From Raillietiella orientalis (taxonomy: Eukaryota): a DNA stretch of 64,000 nucleotides. Both the position numbers and the translations under genes were made by a program. Positions 14,501 to 25,529 of the stretch are shown here, piece after piece (the first letter of the stretch is position 1; each line of letters opens with the position of its first letter). The notes under the pieces are model-generated. The model worked only from the letters and a program-made list of their open reading frames with translations. It made no database searches and had not been told where the DNA came from. The stretch spans positions 62,001 through 126,000 of the forward strand of contig JAYWIR010000031.1 in NCBI GenBank assembly GCA_036172245.1, read 5' to 3'.

Positions 14501-15030
14501 CTTGATCGATCACCCGAGCAAGCAATGAAACCTTGAAACTCAGGTGCTTTTATTTTCAAAGGCACCTGCGCAAAGGAGGTTGTGATCATAAAAAATCAAC
14601 TAGCCAGCAGCCTCATCGCTTACTGCTTACTGTCCTCCGGGATGCAGATAGCATTGCACTTGTTTTTCGGAGCCTGGGAGTGCAAAGAACAATCAGTAAA
14701 CGTTGGTTTCACAGTGGCCGGTCCTCCGGGATTTTTTTAGAGCACAAGTGTTATTCCCTCTACCTTTGAATGAGAGTTGCGAATTCTTCAGCGGCTGCCT
14801 TACTTTTCGAAATTCAGGTCCGCTGCCGAATTAGCTGCGTGTCTGTGCGCGCGTTTCCCTTTTACAAGGCAAACCAGTTTCTTCGGGGTATGCCGTCCGC
14901 TGTGAAGCCTTGCTCGTGTACAGTCACGACAAGAAAAATTCCTGCCGCACCGTGCATTTTCATCCGACTTTTTCCACGTTATGTAGTGAAGCACACTCGA
15001 AGCTTTCGAACCGTTCGTCACCGGCACAGA
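11590..15030 (+). pseudogene. JAK/hopscotch-like pseudogene (FERM-SH2-pseudokinase)
   Basis: Collinear motifs across frames: HLFSI...RIWL, IRYKN, YLYLINYF (cf. JAK2 LKYLINL), ELKVTG, EANS..FRLTAKY (cf. EALSFVSL.DGYYRLTAD), MKEERKKNTQGFF (SH2 start), FPAMGTDK, LRGLYALTP and RKIPAA (JH2 end). Many stops and frameshifts. Confidence 0.65.
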
Positions 15031-15529
15031 AGGTAGGGTAGGGTTGTTCGGGGGGTGGACGCTTGCAAATTTGCAGCGATTTTTTGTCGCATCGCATCGT
15101 TGTCGGAAACCATCTGCTTGCCCGTGTCGTCTTCCATCAGAGCCGGTGAGAATCTTCCCACTCTGTTATTACCACTGGTGTAATTTTACGGATCTTTTTT
15201 TGTGTGTGTGTTCTCATTAAGGCAGATGATTCAGCTGGAACACTCATCCTCATTTGTTTTTTTTTTTTTTTTTTTTTTTTCGCGCTCTTTCTCTTTTGAA
15301 ACGTTTTCAAATGCGTCAAACTGACCAATCATTGCGTTACTGTTATCATCATTTACAGACAAAAAAAAAAGCGCTGACTGAAATCGCAGGCCTCGGGCAG
15401 TGGGCAGGCAAAAGAAAAAAAAATGTCTTACGCTAAAATGTTCAGTATTGATTTGATTTTTCGGTTAATCACCACGGCGGGGTTTCAGTGCGCGCAGCTA
15501 CTTCAATCAACATAAGCAAGAAGAGTGTT

Positions 15530-16798
15530 ATGGAAGAAGAGTTTGAGACGCAGACATCTTTGGGACAGTCAGTGGTATGCCCTTTGATGGTGGGGATGTC
15601 TGTGGTGTCCTTTGCCCTGATAATAAAGACAGCGGTTAATGATGTGCAGAATTTGAGAGTGAACAGCACCTTTCAAGGAGCCCAAGGCTTCATTCCAGGA
15701 TCGTCGACCCTGCAGGCTTCTTTGTACACAGCTTTAACGATAACAGGAACCTTGATATCCTGCTTGCAGGCATCCCGAACTGAGGTGCCTGGAACGGTTC
15801 CTGAGAGCATGCAGTTTCCGTCCCCTGCTGCTGCTTCGTTGCTGGAGGAAACCATTCCAATCATCCATGCTCTCTTCATACCTTCCATCGCCAGGACACC
15901 TCTTCCTTTCCAAGGAGTGGATGACTTCCCCGATGGGTGCCCTCGCGATCAAATTCTGTCCTCGTTTGGATTGTGCCTGCCCATAACTTCCGAATGCTCG
16001 GAGGACCGGTGGCTGGTCGTGGAGTGGGAAACTAGGAAAGCGAAGTGTGTGCCGCGAGTGTGCCCGGAAGGCACTGTGTTCTCAGAGGTCTTTCAGAGGT
16101 GTTACGACGTGTTTGACAAGAACATTTGCAACGGCACCAACCAGAGAGCGTACGTTACTGCTTTCGGGTACACAGTGTGCGCCTGCTACGAAGGTTATAT
16201 ACCTGACCACACAGGAGAGTGCCATCTATTGTTTTCCCAAGGCCCATGTCCCCCAGGTAATACTTGGCTTCTAGACGAGATTGGAAGACCCACGTGCTCT
16301 CTTTCTCCTTGTGGTCCGCTCAGCGTTGCGCTGAAGGGATCATGCGCGCCACTTGGAAGCGAAGAGATCTGCGAAGAAGGACTGCAGCTGGGTTTCAATA
16401 TCGAACTTCAGCAGCCACTTTGCGGGGGATCTGCCGCTTCCCGAAGAATATTCGAATTCGAAAGAAAATACAGCAAGGGGGCGGCAGACTTTGGTTACTC
16501 TATAGGGAAGGAAACCTCCCTTTTGTTGCCATGCCTGCCTGGAGCGCGGACTGAGTTCAACTGGAAGTGCAGAGAATTCGTGGTGCCGTATCAAGGCTTT
16601 CCCACTCCTGGACCACCTACGGACCCAAAGTTTCAGTGTGAGGAACAGAAACTGTTCACTTTCGAGGGAACGTGCACCGATTCTGAGAAGGTGACCAGAT
16701 GCCCACCAGGATTCACTCGAGGAGACATAGATCTCAGCTGCTCCCATATGATGTATGCCTTTTCTCACGCAGAATCGCGAATTCTGGGTTACTACTAG
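15530..16798 (+). CDS. Intronless Cys-rich secreted or membrane protein, DUF4789-like, ~422 aa
   Basis: Uninterrupted ORF from the first ATG at 15530. Hydrophobic N-terminal segments and a repeated Cys scaffold including CHLLFSQGPCPPGNTW, typical of arthropod DUF4789 proteins. Clear paralogue at 36959-38059. Confidence 0.8.
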   Translation: MEEEFETQTSLGQSVVCPLMVGMSVVSFALIIKTAVNDVQNLRVNSTFQGAQGFIPGSSTLQASLYTALTITGTLISCLQASRTEVPGTVPESMQFPSPAAASLLEETIPIIHALFIPSIARTPLPFQGVDDFPDGCPRDQILSSFGLCLPITSECSEDRWLVVEWETRKAKCVPRVCPEGTVFSEVFQRCYDVFDKNICNGTNQRAYVTAFGYTVCACYEGYIPDHTGECHLLFSQGPCPPGNTWLLDEIGRPTCSLSPCGPLSVALKGSCAPLGSEEICEEGLQLGFNIELQQPLCGGSAASRRIFEFERKYSKGAADFGYSIGKETSLLLPCLPGARTEFNWKCREFVVPYQGFPTPGPPTDPKFQCEEQKLFTFEGTCTDSEKVTRCPPGFTRGDIDLSCSHMMYAFSHAESRILGYY

Positions 16799-16829
16799 CC
16801 CCTGCTCCCTACGAACCTCGAGTGCAACT

Positions 16830-19000
16830 GTATCTGACCTGCGTTCCTCTCTGAATGTTTACTGCAACAGTTTTCGATAAGGGGGACGAGGAAACGGATG
16901 ACTCGGTCCATTCGTGGATCAGCATCACCATTAAACGAATCGGAGGCTCACTGAAGCATAAATGAACGAACTGATCAAACATCTCCGGATCGAACCCGCA
17001 TCTGTCATACATTTCCCCTGAGAAGAGAGAGACAATAAACGAGAAATCAGCGAGAATAAAGGGAAAGAGTCATTTCACCGCATCTCTCTTACACAGTGAG
17101 ATGAGCACTGGTTGTCGGTAGCGCCGGCAGTGAGCATCTGGATTTGCTTTGCGACGCCAACAAACCGGTTCAACAGAAGTTTCTGTGGAGATCAATTTCA
17201 GTGAGCCCACCGAAAATCCAAGGAGTGCCAGTTGTGATAAACTAGCAGTTTGGTGCTGGACGGCATGAACTTCCACAAGGGAAACTGTTCCTTCCCCCAT
17301 CCCCCCATTCTTCCTCCGGCTTGAGTTTGAATCCACCCAGATTCTTTATGAGGATTATTCGGCCGCTCGCTGAGGGTTTCGAATGACGGAAGCACCCATC
17401 ACTGACGTTGTCCGTTGTTCTGTTTAAATGACCAGAAAATCTTTCTGTCCATTCCTCATTGGCTGAGCTTCAGCGATGTTCCTCGCTCCCCACGAAAAAT
17501 GATTGCCCCGAAAATCTGCTTGAATGCTGACCCTCAAAAATCTCCCGCAAAGAATCGATGGAATCGATGGAACTCCAGCAAGAGTTGAATCACTTTCAAA
17601 CTCAGACTGCCTTCAGCCAGTGGAGGCTGATTAGGACGCGCGCTTCATTTGGGGTGCCGGTGCCGCATTCGAAAGCAAGGTGCCCAGCGCGCCCATCTAC
17701 CTGGACTGCCACCGAGCTCACGCGACTCAAAGCCGCGTTACCTGGCATCAGCCACGGCTTAGCTGAGAGGAGTGTGGTCGGTGTGAGTTTCGGAACGAAC
17801 ACTGCTGGGGTTATTTCCACGGTCACCGAATTCATCCTCCTGACTGGGAGACTCTCACGGAAGTCGTTCCTCGACGTTCTCGGTCCCTTAATCTCTGAAC
17901 GACCAGTGCGAGTTTCCAAAGTAGTCTCTCGGATGCTTTAGGATGATTAAAAGAGCGTCGCACATTCCAGGGGTTATCCAAGTGGCTCACGTTTTCTTGT
18001 CCTCCAAGATGGAATCCCCCTTGAGTCGAGTGGGTGTTCTCGTCAAGCCTCCATGGAACCAGTTAGCAACGTCGAGTGGGTTCAAGGGGCCAGTTTGGAC
18101 CAGAAAAGAAAGCAGGGAGAGGGAGAGAGAAAACAGTGCCGCTGCAGTAACTTACGAAGTCTCCCTTTTCAACAGCATTGTAAGTGCTGCTCTAAAGCGT
18201 TTTCCAGACCGCTAGAGGGTTTTTTTTTTTTTTTCTAATGCAAGAGGTAATGGTGCATCCGACGAACAATCGCCCATTGTGTTCCCTTCATTGGATGGAG
18301 CCAAACTCGCTAGCGGAGGGAAGCGTCCTCCAATTCTGGATCTCCTCCATCGAGAAGGGCTACCAGTAAGCGGTTCGACACATCGAGGTTTTGACAACAC
18401 TCAACGGAAGTACCGGCACGCGGCAGGAACATCCCGAGCAGAATTCCCCGAAGGCTACATAGAGATGCTTCTCGTTCGTGACGCTCGGGATCTTTCGCTT
18501 TGGGAGAAGAGGAGGAGCACTTTCTTCCTCCTCCCCCCCTTTTCCCCTCCAAGATTTGTGTCCTTCAGCATCCTCATTAAAAAATGAATCCGAGCGCCTT
18601 CTCCCTGTTCACAGGATGCAATCCGAACAACCCTCCTGGCGGTCGGTGTTACTCCCCGCAGAGCTCAGCATAGCGGTTCGGGTTCGGGGGGACTTGGAAT
18701 GGCGAGCTGGTTGAGGTGCTGTAGATTATCTTCTTCAAGAGCTGCCCGCCACGAGGCGCAGAGCTCAAGGGACGAGGAGACACCCCCGCCATCGCACTTG
18801 GACGCCGGGAGTCTCCTTGTCCTTGAGCTCAAGTGTGATGGTTGCGTCGGCGGAGAACGCAGCAAGAAAACTGCCGCCACGGGGCGAAGAAGACTGTTCG
18901 TGGTGGCGGACTCCTGCGGCGGCGAGCACACCCACTCGTCCACGGAAGCGAGTCCGACCGGTCGCCTCGGTCCTCCGCTGTGGTTCCCGCGCGCGTCCCC
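16830..19000 (-). pseudogene. JAK-like pseudogene (FERM-SH2-kinase remnant)
   Basis: On the minus strand, in order: PFQVP, PVNREKALGFIF (cf. PVT..QEECLGMAV), WRTLPSASEF, NWFHGGLTR (SH2 start), LISLH, GMGEGTVSLVEV (Gly-loop-like) and PIRLMVM. Short gt..ag intron-like segments are present. Confidence 0.5.
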
Positions 19001-19599
19001 GCCCCTGAGGCTCACCCGGCGGCCGGAGCGTTTCCGGACTCACGCTCCCACCTCCTCCGCCAGTTAGAGAGCCGCCAGTTCTTTCTGACGCGGCTTCCCT
19101 GTCTGCGCCCCGGCGCGACACTGTCTCTTTGGGATACGGGCGGGACTCCTGGTTCTCGCCTTCTCCCCTCCTCCTCTCGCCCTTCCATTCCTTCATCGCA
19201 GGACTCGGGCCGCCCTCCGGAGGGCATCGCATGATTCCAGCATCCGTCTTTCGCGTTGATCTCTTTCCCCAGAACGTTCTCTTCTTTTCTCTTGTGGTGG
19301 CGCGAAGGCCAAGAGAAACGGCGGTCGCTCCCTTTCCCTTCCTTCCTCGAGATGCAGCAGGCCGGCAGCAGGAGAGGGGAGAAAGGTAGGAACAAGGGTG
19401 GGGGAATGAAAATCACTTTCTTCTTGCGACTGCCCTCTCCACCCCCCGGTCGAGTTCTGGGATCGTTGTGGAGTAGCAGCAGCACCTGTAGCGGGGCGGC
19501 CGGCGATGTCTCCCTGAGACAACCCGTCGGGTCACCTGCGAGAGGGCGCGCCGAAAGTAGCTCGCTGTGGTCGTTCCCTCGGGCGGTCCGCCCGTGCGA

Positions 19600-21100
19600 T
19601 AAAAGCCGCCTCCGCCTCCTCGATCCCTCCCTCCCAAAGGTTATGCTATTTTGCTATTTTCGGCAGCCGTGCTCCGACCTAGAAAGAGCCCGGAGGCAGG
19701 TAGCTGCTGTGCGGGGCTGTGCGAGCGGCTCCGGGGTCGCAGGTTCCGCGTGAGTGGCTGCGGTCTCTGCCCAGGGAGGGGAGGGAAGGAGGGTTCCGGG
19801 AAATAATGTCTCCGGCCGCCTGCCGCAGTGGCAGGGACGGAAGGGAGAGAAGGTTGGAGAGCAAGGGAGGAAGCGAGGGGCTCATCCTCTGAACCCTCCT
19901 CTCCTTTTTTCTTATTGGGCGAGGAGACGTGCCGCGCTCGCCTCTTCTGGACTGCGCGCACGCGATCTGGACCTTGTCCTCTTCTGGTCGCGGGGGACCG
20001 CGGCGCGAGCTTGCTCCCGGGGCGGAGACGCGAAGACCGAGCATTCCAGGAGCTCCCAGGAGAGGCTGCTGTCTTCCCCCCGGTGCACGCACGCCGGCGC
20101 TCCCCTCCCCAGCAAGCGTTGCTACCCGTCCTCCTCCCTCGGGAATGGTGGGAAAGCGAGGGAGGTCTCTCCTTCGTTTTCCCACAGTCGGGACGGTTCC
20201 CTCTGAAGCTTCTCCCGACGGCTGGCAGGAGGCGCGCCGACGCTCTCTGACGGGACGGGACGGTGACCTTCGTCCGCACCCTTTCCCGGCTCCTTCCCTG
20301 TCTCTTCCGTACCGACCCGTTCCTTCGGACGCTTCCTGCTCGGGAAGGGAGGGGAAGGGGGCAGAGCCAGCCTGGGCATTCCGAGGCCATGGTTCTCTGA
20401 GGATGCGTCAGCGGTCGTTCCGTTCCCATCCGTCTTCGGATGAGTCCTCGAGCTCTCCGGTCGCTTCGCCTCTTCCCGGGGGATCCGACGAGAGGCCAGG
20501 GATCTCCGCAGAGGAGGAGGTGCAGGTGACCTCGTCGGCGAAGTTAGCCTCCAACAGTTCCTTCCTCCGGATGCTGAGGTGGCGGTGCACGTTCAGTGGA
20601 GGGCAGGTCGCATTCCCGCAGCGATGGCATCTCTTCCGAGCCGAGACCGGGGAGGAAGAGGATGGACCGCTTTCCGTCGAGGCCTCTCCTCTTGAAATTC
20701 CTCTCATCCAGTTCCTCCGCGATCTCCTGTCGGAGACGCGCAGGTGTCTATCGCGCGCGTAGGCTGGTACCGGTGCCGCTGTACGCTCGTTCCTCTGTAT
20801 CCCGGCAATTCCCTCCCCCTCTCGAGAGGATCTTCAGCAGCAAAATCCCCCTGATGCCTGCGCTCGAGCGCTTCAAAGATAGGGCGTCGGGGCGGAAGGG
20901 GAGGAAACTCCGAGGACCCGTGTTCGAAAATGATCTGCGCGAGGGGCCTGGAGCGCGCTGCAGATGTCATCGGGTAGTCGGATGGTGACCCCGGGCCACC
21001 TCGATTGTCATCTCTGCGGTTGCCACCTTGCGAAGGGATTCGCAAGAGCGAGGCGGCCGGAGTTTCCCTCTTGAATCGGTCGCCGAAGTCTCGCTCCTGG
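19600..21100 (-). pseudogene. Very GC-rich decayed coding-like segment; JAK FERM remnant or non-LTR ORF1
   Basis: Fragments HFRTRVL, IFEALERRHQGDF and ERNFKRR..LFLPG weakly resemble FERM F1/F2. CHRCG and EFPPLP could instead be gag-like. Confidence 0.25.
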
Positions 21101-21949
21101 TAACCAAGACGGTGCCGGGTTTCTCGAGGGCATGTCCAAGTCGCCGTCCGCAGGAAAAAAGAAACGTTCTGCGCCATCAGCTTCTCGCCGTGCCGTGCCT
21201 CACAGGACGCCTCTGGTCCCACCGTTCCTGTAGCCCGGCCAGTGCTCGGCCCGTCTCCTGCGGGTTCGCCTCCCCGAACCGGCAATCGGACTGCTGCTAC
21301 TGCTGCCGCTGCTGGGGGAGGAAGGGGAGGAGAAGAATGAGAATACGGATTCCTCGGTGTCGCTTGGGTCGAATCAGCCACGTCCCGATGGAACTGCTGC
21401 CCTGAGAGAAACACTGAACGCCAAGGAGATATTTCTCGGGCTGGCTCTTCACCCGGGACGAGGCTCCTCCCCGCGAATCCGAGCGCAATTCTTCTCATCC
21501 ATTGGGAAATGGAATTTGTCATGGCGGAGAAGGAGAGTCCGGCGCTTGGATTCCCAGGCTCGTTTTCATCTCCGTATAGCGGTCAGTCTTTCTCCCGCTC
21601 CTTCCTATCCGCAACGGGATTATCATCGCATCTCTTTTCCTCCTTATCTTTCATTCTTTTCTTTCTTTTCTTCTCGAGTGTTACATGAAAGGGGGAGAGG
21701 GAGGTGCCAATCTGATACGAAGGAAGCCTCCGTGCAAGACCGGCCGATCCTTCCTTCCTCCTTGAGGCGAGTCGGAGCGGCGAGCCGCATTTGTGAGACT
21801 CACCGCAGCGCCAAGCAACCAGAACATTCCTTTGAGCTGTGTCGCTGATCTACATATCTGTGGATGTGAAGCACATCTGAAACAGAGGGTTTCTTACGAT
21901 GAACTTGGAAAAGAAAGATAAAAGAAAGAAAGAAAAGGAAAACAGCTAG

Positions 21950-23460
21950 AACAGGAACCACCTGAATTTCTCAGACCAGCGGAATCTCCTCCCTTGGAGA
22001 CTCTTCCGCTCGCACTCTGACAACGCATACTTGGTGGTCGTGCGACCTTTTGTTTGAACCCCGGGGCGAAGCTCAAGGGCGCCTCGCTCTCGAGGAACTT
22101 CCAACGAACCACGCCTGGTTCTACTGCGTTCCCGGAACGGAAGTCCCTCCTCCTCCCCTCCCTGGCGACGCTCCTCCAGCCGCTCTTCCAGAAATCCCAT
22201 CGGGAGAATTTCCTTCACTTCACTCGGAAAGACGAGTTCGGAACTCACGGATTTTGGAAGCGAGACGAGCGCTTGCGCTCTTCGTGAGCGGCTGCTACTG
22301 AAAAAACGAAGCCGAATGAAGACCGGCGGGAGGTAAGTAGCACATGCATCGAGCAACAGTTGCGATCGGCGGAAGCAGCACCATCCGGGAATGAGATCAG
22401 AGCAGAGCAAACAGAACCGTTCGGCTAACGCGTCACAGCGACGGAGATGCGATCAGTTGCGGTAATGCCGCGCACATCTCCTTGTGGAATTCTTTCAAAG
22501 GGTCTGGCTGACTTCTTCGTGTGCATTCGTGGTCTTCCGGAACACTATCCTAATGACACACTTTCAGAGGCGGTGGTGGTCGAAGAAGTTGCCGCTGGTC
22601 CTCCCTTCCGATTCCCTGATGCCTTTGATGAAAGCGTCTTGCCCGAAGTTCAAACGTGCTTGCTCTGAGAAGGCGCGCTCTTGAACCTCGCCCGCATCGG
22701 ATTCTTCGTTGAAAATCATGCGGCCCTGATCACGGACCACTGCCTTGCTTCTGCGGTCCCGTCACATCTCTTGTTTCCTGGCGTTGCAGACTCCGTACGT
22801 TCTCCCAGGTGATCACTTCACCCTCCTGTTGTCCTTATGGAGAGTTTCAACATGTTTTTTTTTTCCCTTTCGATCAGCATCATCGAAGAGACGGTTAAGA
22901 GGTCAAAGACGCGATCGTTTGCAGAAACTCCGGAAAACGAGTCGTTCGAAAAGGTCGATTCTTTGTGCACAAACGAACAAAAAAAAAAGAGCGTTGGTCC
23001 TTCCTCCTGTGGCATCCAGGTCTTGTGAACGAGAGGCAAAGTTCAACTAGAGAGAATCCTCGTTAGACAGCAAGTTCCCGAAAGAGAGATTTGGCGGGTC
23101 TTGAAGAAAGATCCTCTTCGAGGTCTCTCCGTTCTCCATGAGCGATGCTGTTTTTTTCCCCTCCTTCTATCGCCGATGCGACAGGTGTCAAGATACAAGT
23201 GCACTGCTGCTTCTAGTCGTGTCCGAATGTCTTTGTCTGTCTTAGGTAATTCATCTGATGTTATAGAGATCGTCCTTCTGATGCCCTCTTTTGCATGGAA
23301 TCCGTTCGCCGGTGCTGACAAATGAAACACTTCTCAGAAATGTCGAAGTGACCACCGGGTGCAGCAATGCTTCTCGAGGAGATTTCTGGTTATGCTTGTA
23401 CGCCACTGGAAGCAAAAAAAAAAGATAAACGTTTCGTTTCATACCCGAAAGGTAAAGCAA
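21950..23460 (-). pseudogene. JAK-like pseudogene (FERM end-SH2-kinase)
   Basis: SPREAL and GGHFDISEKCFIC (cf. EALSF..GYYRL.EKW.F.LC), NGFHA, HLYLDTC (cf. YYIDVC), KEFHKEM, EILPMGFLEERL (cf. EFLP.GSL..YL), KFLESE and VSKGGDSAGLR (cf. VKIGDFGL). Confidence 0.55.
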
Positions 23461-24721
23461 AACGATTTATTTTACCTTTCGGCCGTCGAGCGCGGGTACC
23501 GACCAAAATCCCGCAAATCGAATTCGTCATTTACTTAAAAAGTTTTATTTATTGAGTGTTGGAAATGGCAGGAAAATCAAATGCAAATTTCTGTTTTTTT
23601 TTTTCTACTAGTTTTAATTGCCACCATTATTTCTGATCTTTTTAAATTCGATATTTGCATATTTGTTTAATACATGCTCATTATATATGTATATATATAT
23701 GCGCTAGTGCATATAATAAACACTTTCAGAGGCGGTGGTGATCGAAGTTCATAATTGTTATGTCTATAGTCTTAAATATGCATATGAATGATAAATTAAT
23801 ACATATTATCGATTACTTTAATAATATATGTTAATAAATGTTAATAAATATGTGTGCCAAAATAAATGTGCATATTTATTTTATAGTAAATATGTATATT
23901 ATAATAAATATGCATGTCAAATCTTTATAATATATATTAATGTGTGCATATATGAATATATGTTAACTGATACAATAAATGTATGCATTTATTTTCAAGG
24001 TCTTTCGGGATTTTGAACCAAACACGTCAAGCGCCACCACCAGGAAGTGGTTCCTCCGTGTGACAGTGGTAGTATCCCAATCGAGCGGCGCCAGTTACGG
24101 GATCTGCCTTGCGTCAGCTACACGTCACACAGGAAGAGTGTGGGCTCGGACGGCAGGGCTCTCGCACGCACGCAAGCGGTGGACTGGGCAGCACGAAGAG
24201 AGTGCATTCTAGTTACTTCTGCACGAGGCGCCAGACGGTTCGAGAGAGCCCGGAAAGAGGCGGAGGCTGAAGAAGCCAGTTCCTCTCCCTTCCGTGTGGC
24301 TGGGCCCCAAGCAAACAGAGAAACAGTCCTCTGCGTCGGAAGCCACCAGGCCTTTGGCAAAGGAACTCTGTAAGAGCGGATCCCTCGTTAAGAAGGGAGC
24401 CGGGAGGTTCCCGAATGTGGTTGCGAGGCGGCATATTCGGGAACAGCTCTGTTGAATAACATTCCAATTCCCGTTTTCCTGTGGAAGTCTTTCGGAGACA
24501 GGAATGAGAGGTGGCTCTGGATGCAATGCAAACGCATCCGTTCCCGGAGAAGGGGAATCCCGCTCTGAAATAGCAAGTCACTTTTTCCATATCATGATGT
24601 GGGCATGCGCGATTCCAGCAATCTACCTACTAAGTTCCTATTTTGTTTTTTTTGTTTTTTTTTTAAAAAAAAAAGGCCCATAGCGATCTCACGGCGAGTT
24701 TGCTACTATTGGCCCGGGGTG

Positions 24722-25060
24722 ATTATAACCCGGTTTTGCGGGGGCCTTTATTACATAAAGCAATAAAAGTACACTGGTGTGCACGAACAACGGTTCTACC
24801 ACATCAGTGGCCACATCGCACGTGATAGAACCGTTGGTTCTATCACGTGCGATGAACCGACGGAGGAGCGGTGAGCAGACCGGTGAGGTCCGCTGCGGCA
24901 TCGTGGGGGAAGCGGAAGCAAAAATACAAAAAAAATAAACACACAAAAACAGGGGAGGGGAAATTATACACGGAGAAGGGGGAGGACCGAGGAAAGGATC
25001 ATAGCATGCTGCCAGGCGTCCTCTGCATCCTATTCGGGATGCTGGCAAGTTCTGTCCGGT
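24722..25060 (-). mobile_element. 3' end fragment of L1/Tx1-like non-LTR retrotransposon
   Basis: Shares GGATGCAGAGGAC, a C-rich/T-rich 3' UTR and a terminal AATAAA..CCGGGT with the copies at 25530-28500 and 53620-55606. Confidence 0.65.
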
Positions 25061-25074
25061 TAACGCCCAGATTT

Positions 25075-25525
25075 TTACCAGGATTTTCCAGGACATTTAT
25101 TATAAAAAATTATAGTAAAAGTCGTCAATATTACAAGTTCGTAGTAGAACACTCGATTCTACCACGCGCGAAGGACTTGCCAAAAACCAGTACGCAGACC
25201 TCTCCAGCGGCGAAGGGGGAGGGATCACTGTTCTCCTGGAGATGTCCTCTGCATCCTGTTCTGGATGCTGACAAGTTCTGTTTTAGTTTGTCGCAGTTGA
25301 GGCCATCGGGAAGCGGTCTTAAATAAGATTGCCTCTCAGTGGGTGGCGTCTCTGCTAGTTTGATCTGTTCTTCTTGCGTTCCAGGCTGCCACGATTCCGC
25401 AGACACGCAGGGAGCTGCGAGGGACGAGGCTGGCGGCAGTGCGTCACCGAGCACGAAGAGGCGTCTGAAAATGCCCCTACGGCCGGGGCTCCTAATATCA
25501 TTGCGAAGCGACCACAAAGGGGTAG
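25075..25525 (-). mobile_element. 3' end fragment of the same L1/Tx1-like family
   Basis: Contains the TCCTCTGCATCC (+) motif at ~25246 and a terminal AATAAATGTCCTGG on the minus strand. Confidence 0.6.
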
Positions 25526-25529
25526 GATT

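Noticed and set aside
11590..14700. Endogenous viral element
   Set aside because: No polymerase, capsid or nucleoprotein motifs were recognised; JAK motifs explain the segment.
18600..21850. Many overlapping 100-280 aa ORFs on both strands
   Set aside because: Arg/Pro/Gly/Ser-rich translations are expected from stop-poor GC-rich DNA and show no coherent domain.
24000..24600. Possible further L1-like thumb fragment on the minus strand (VSLFAWG)
   Set aside because: Only one weak motif; not enough to call.
24685..24745. Possible U2 or other snRNA fragment at a retroelement end
   Set aside because: It does not match the U1, U2, U4, U5 or 7SL sequences I can recall.
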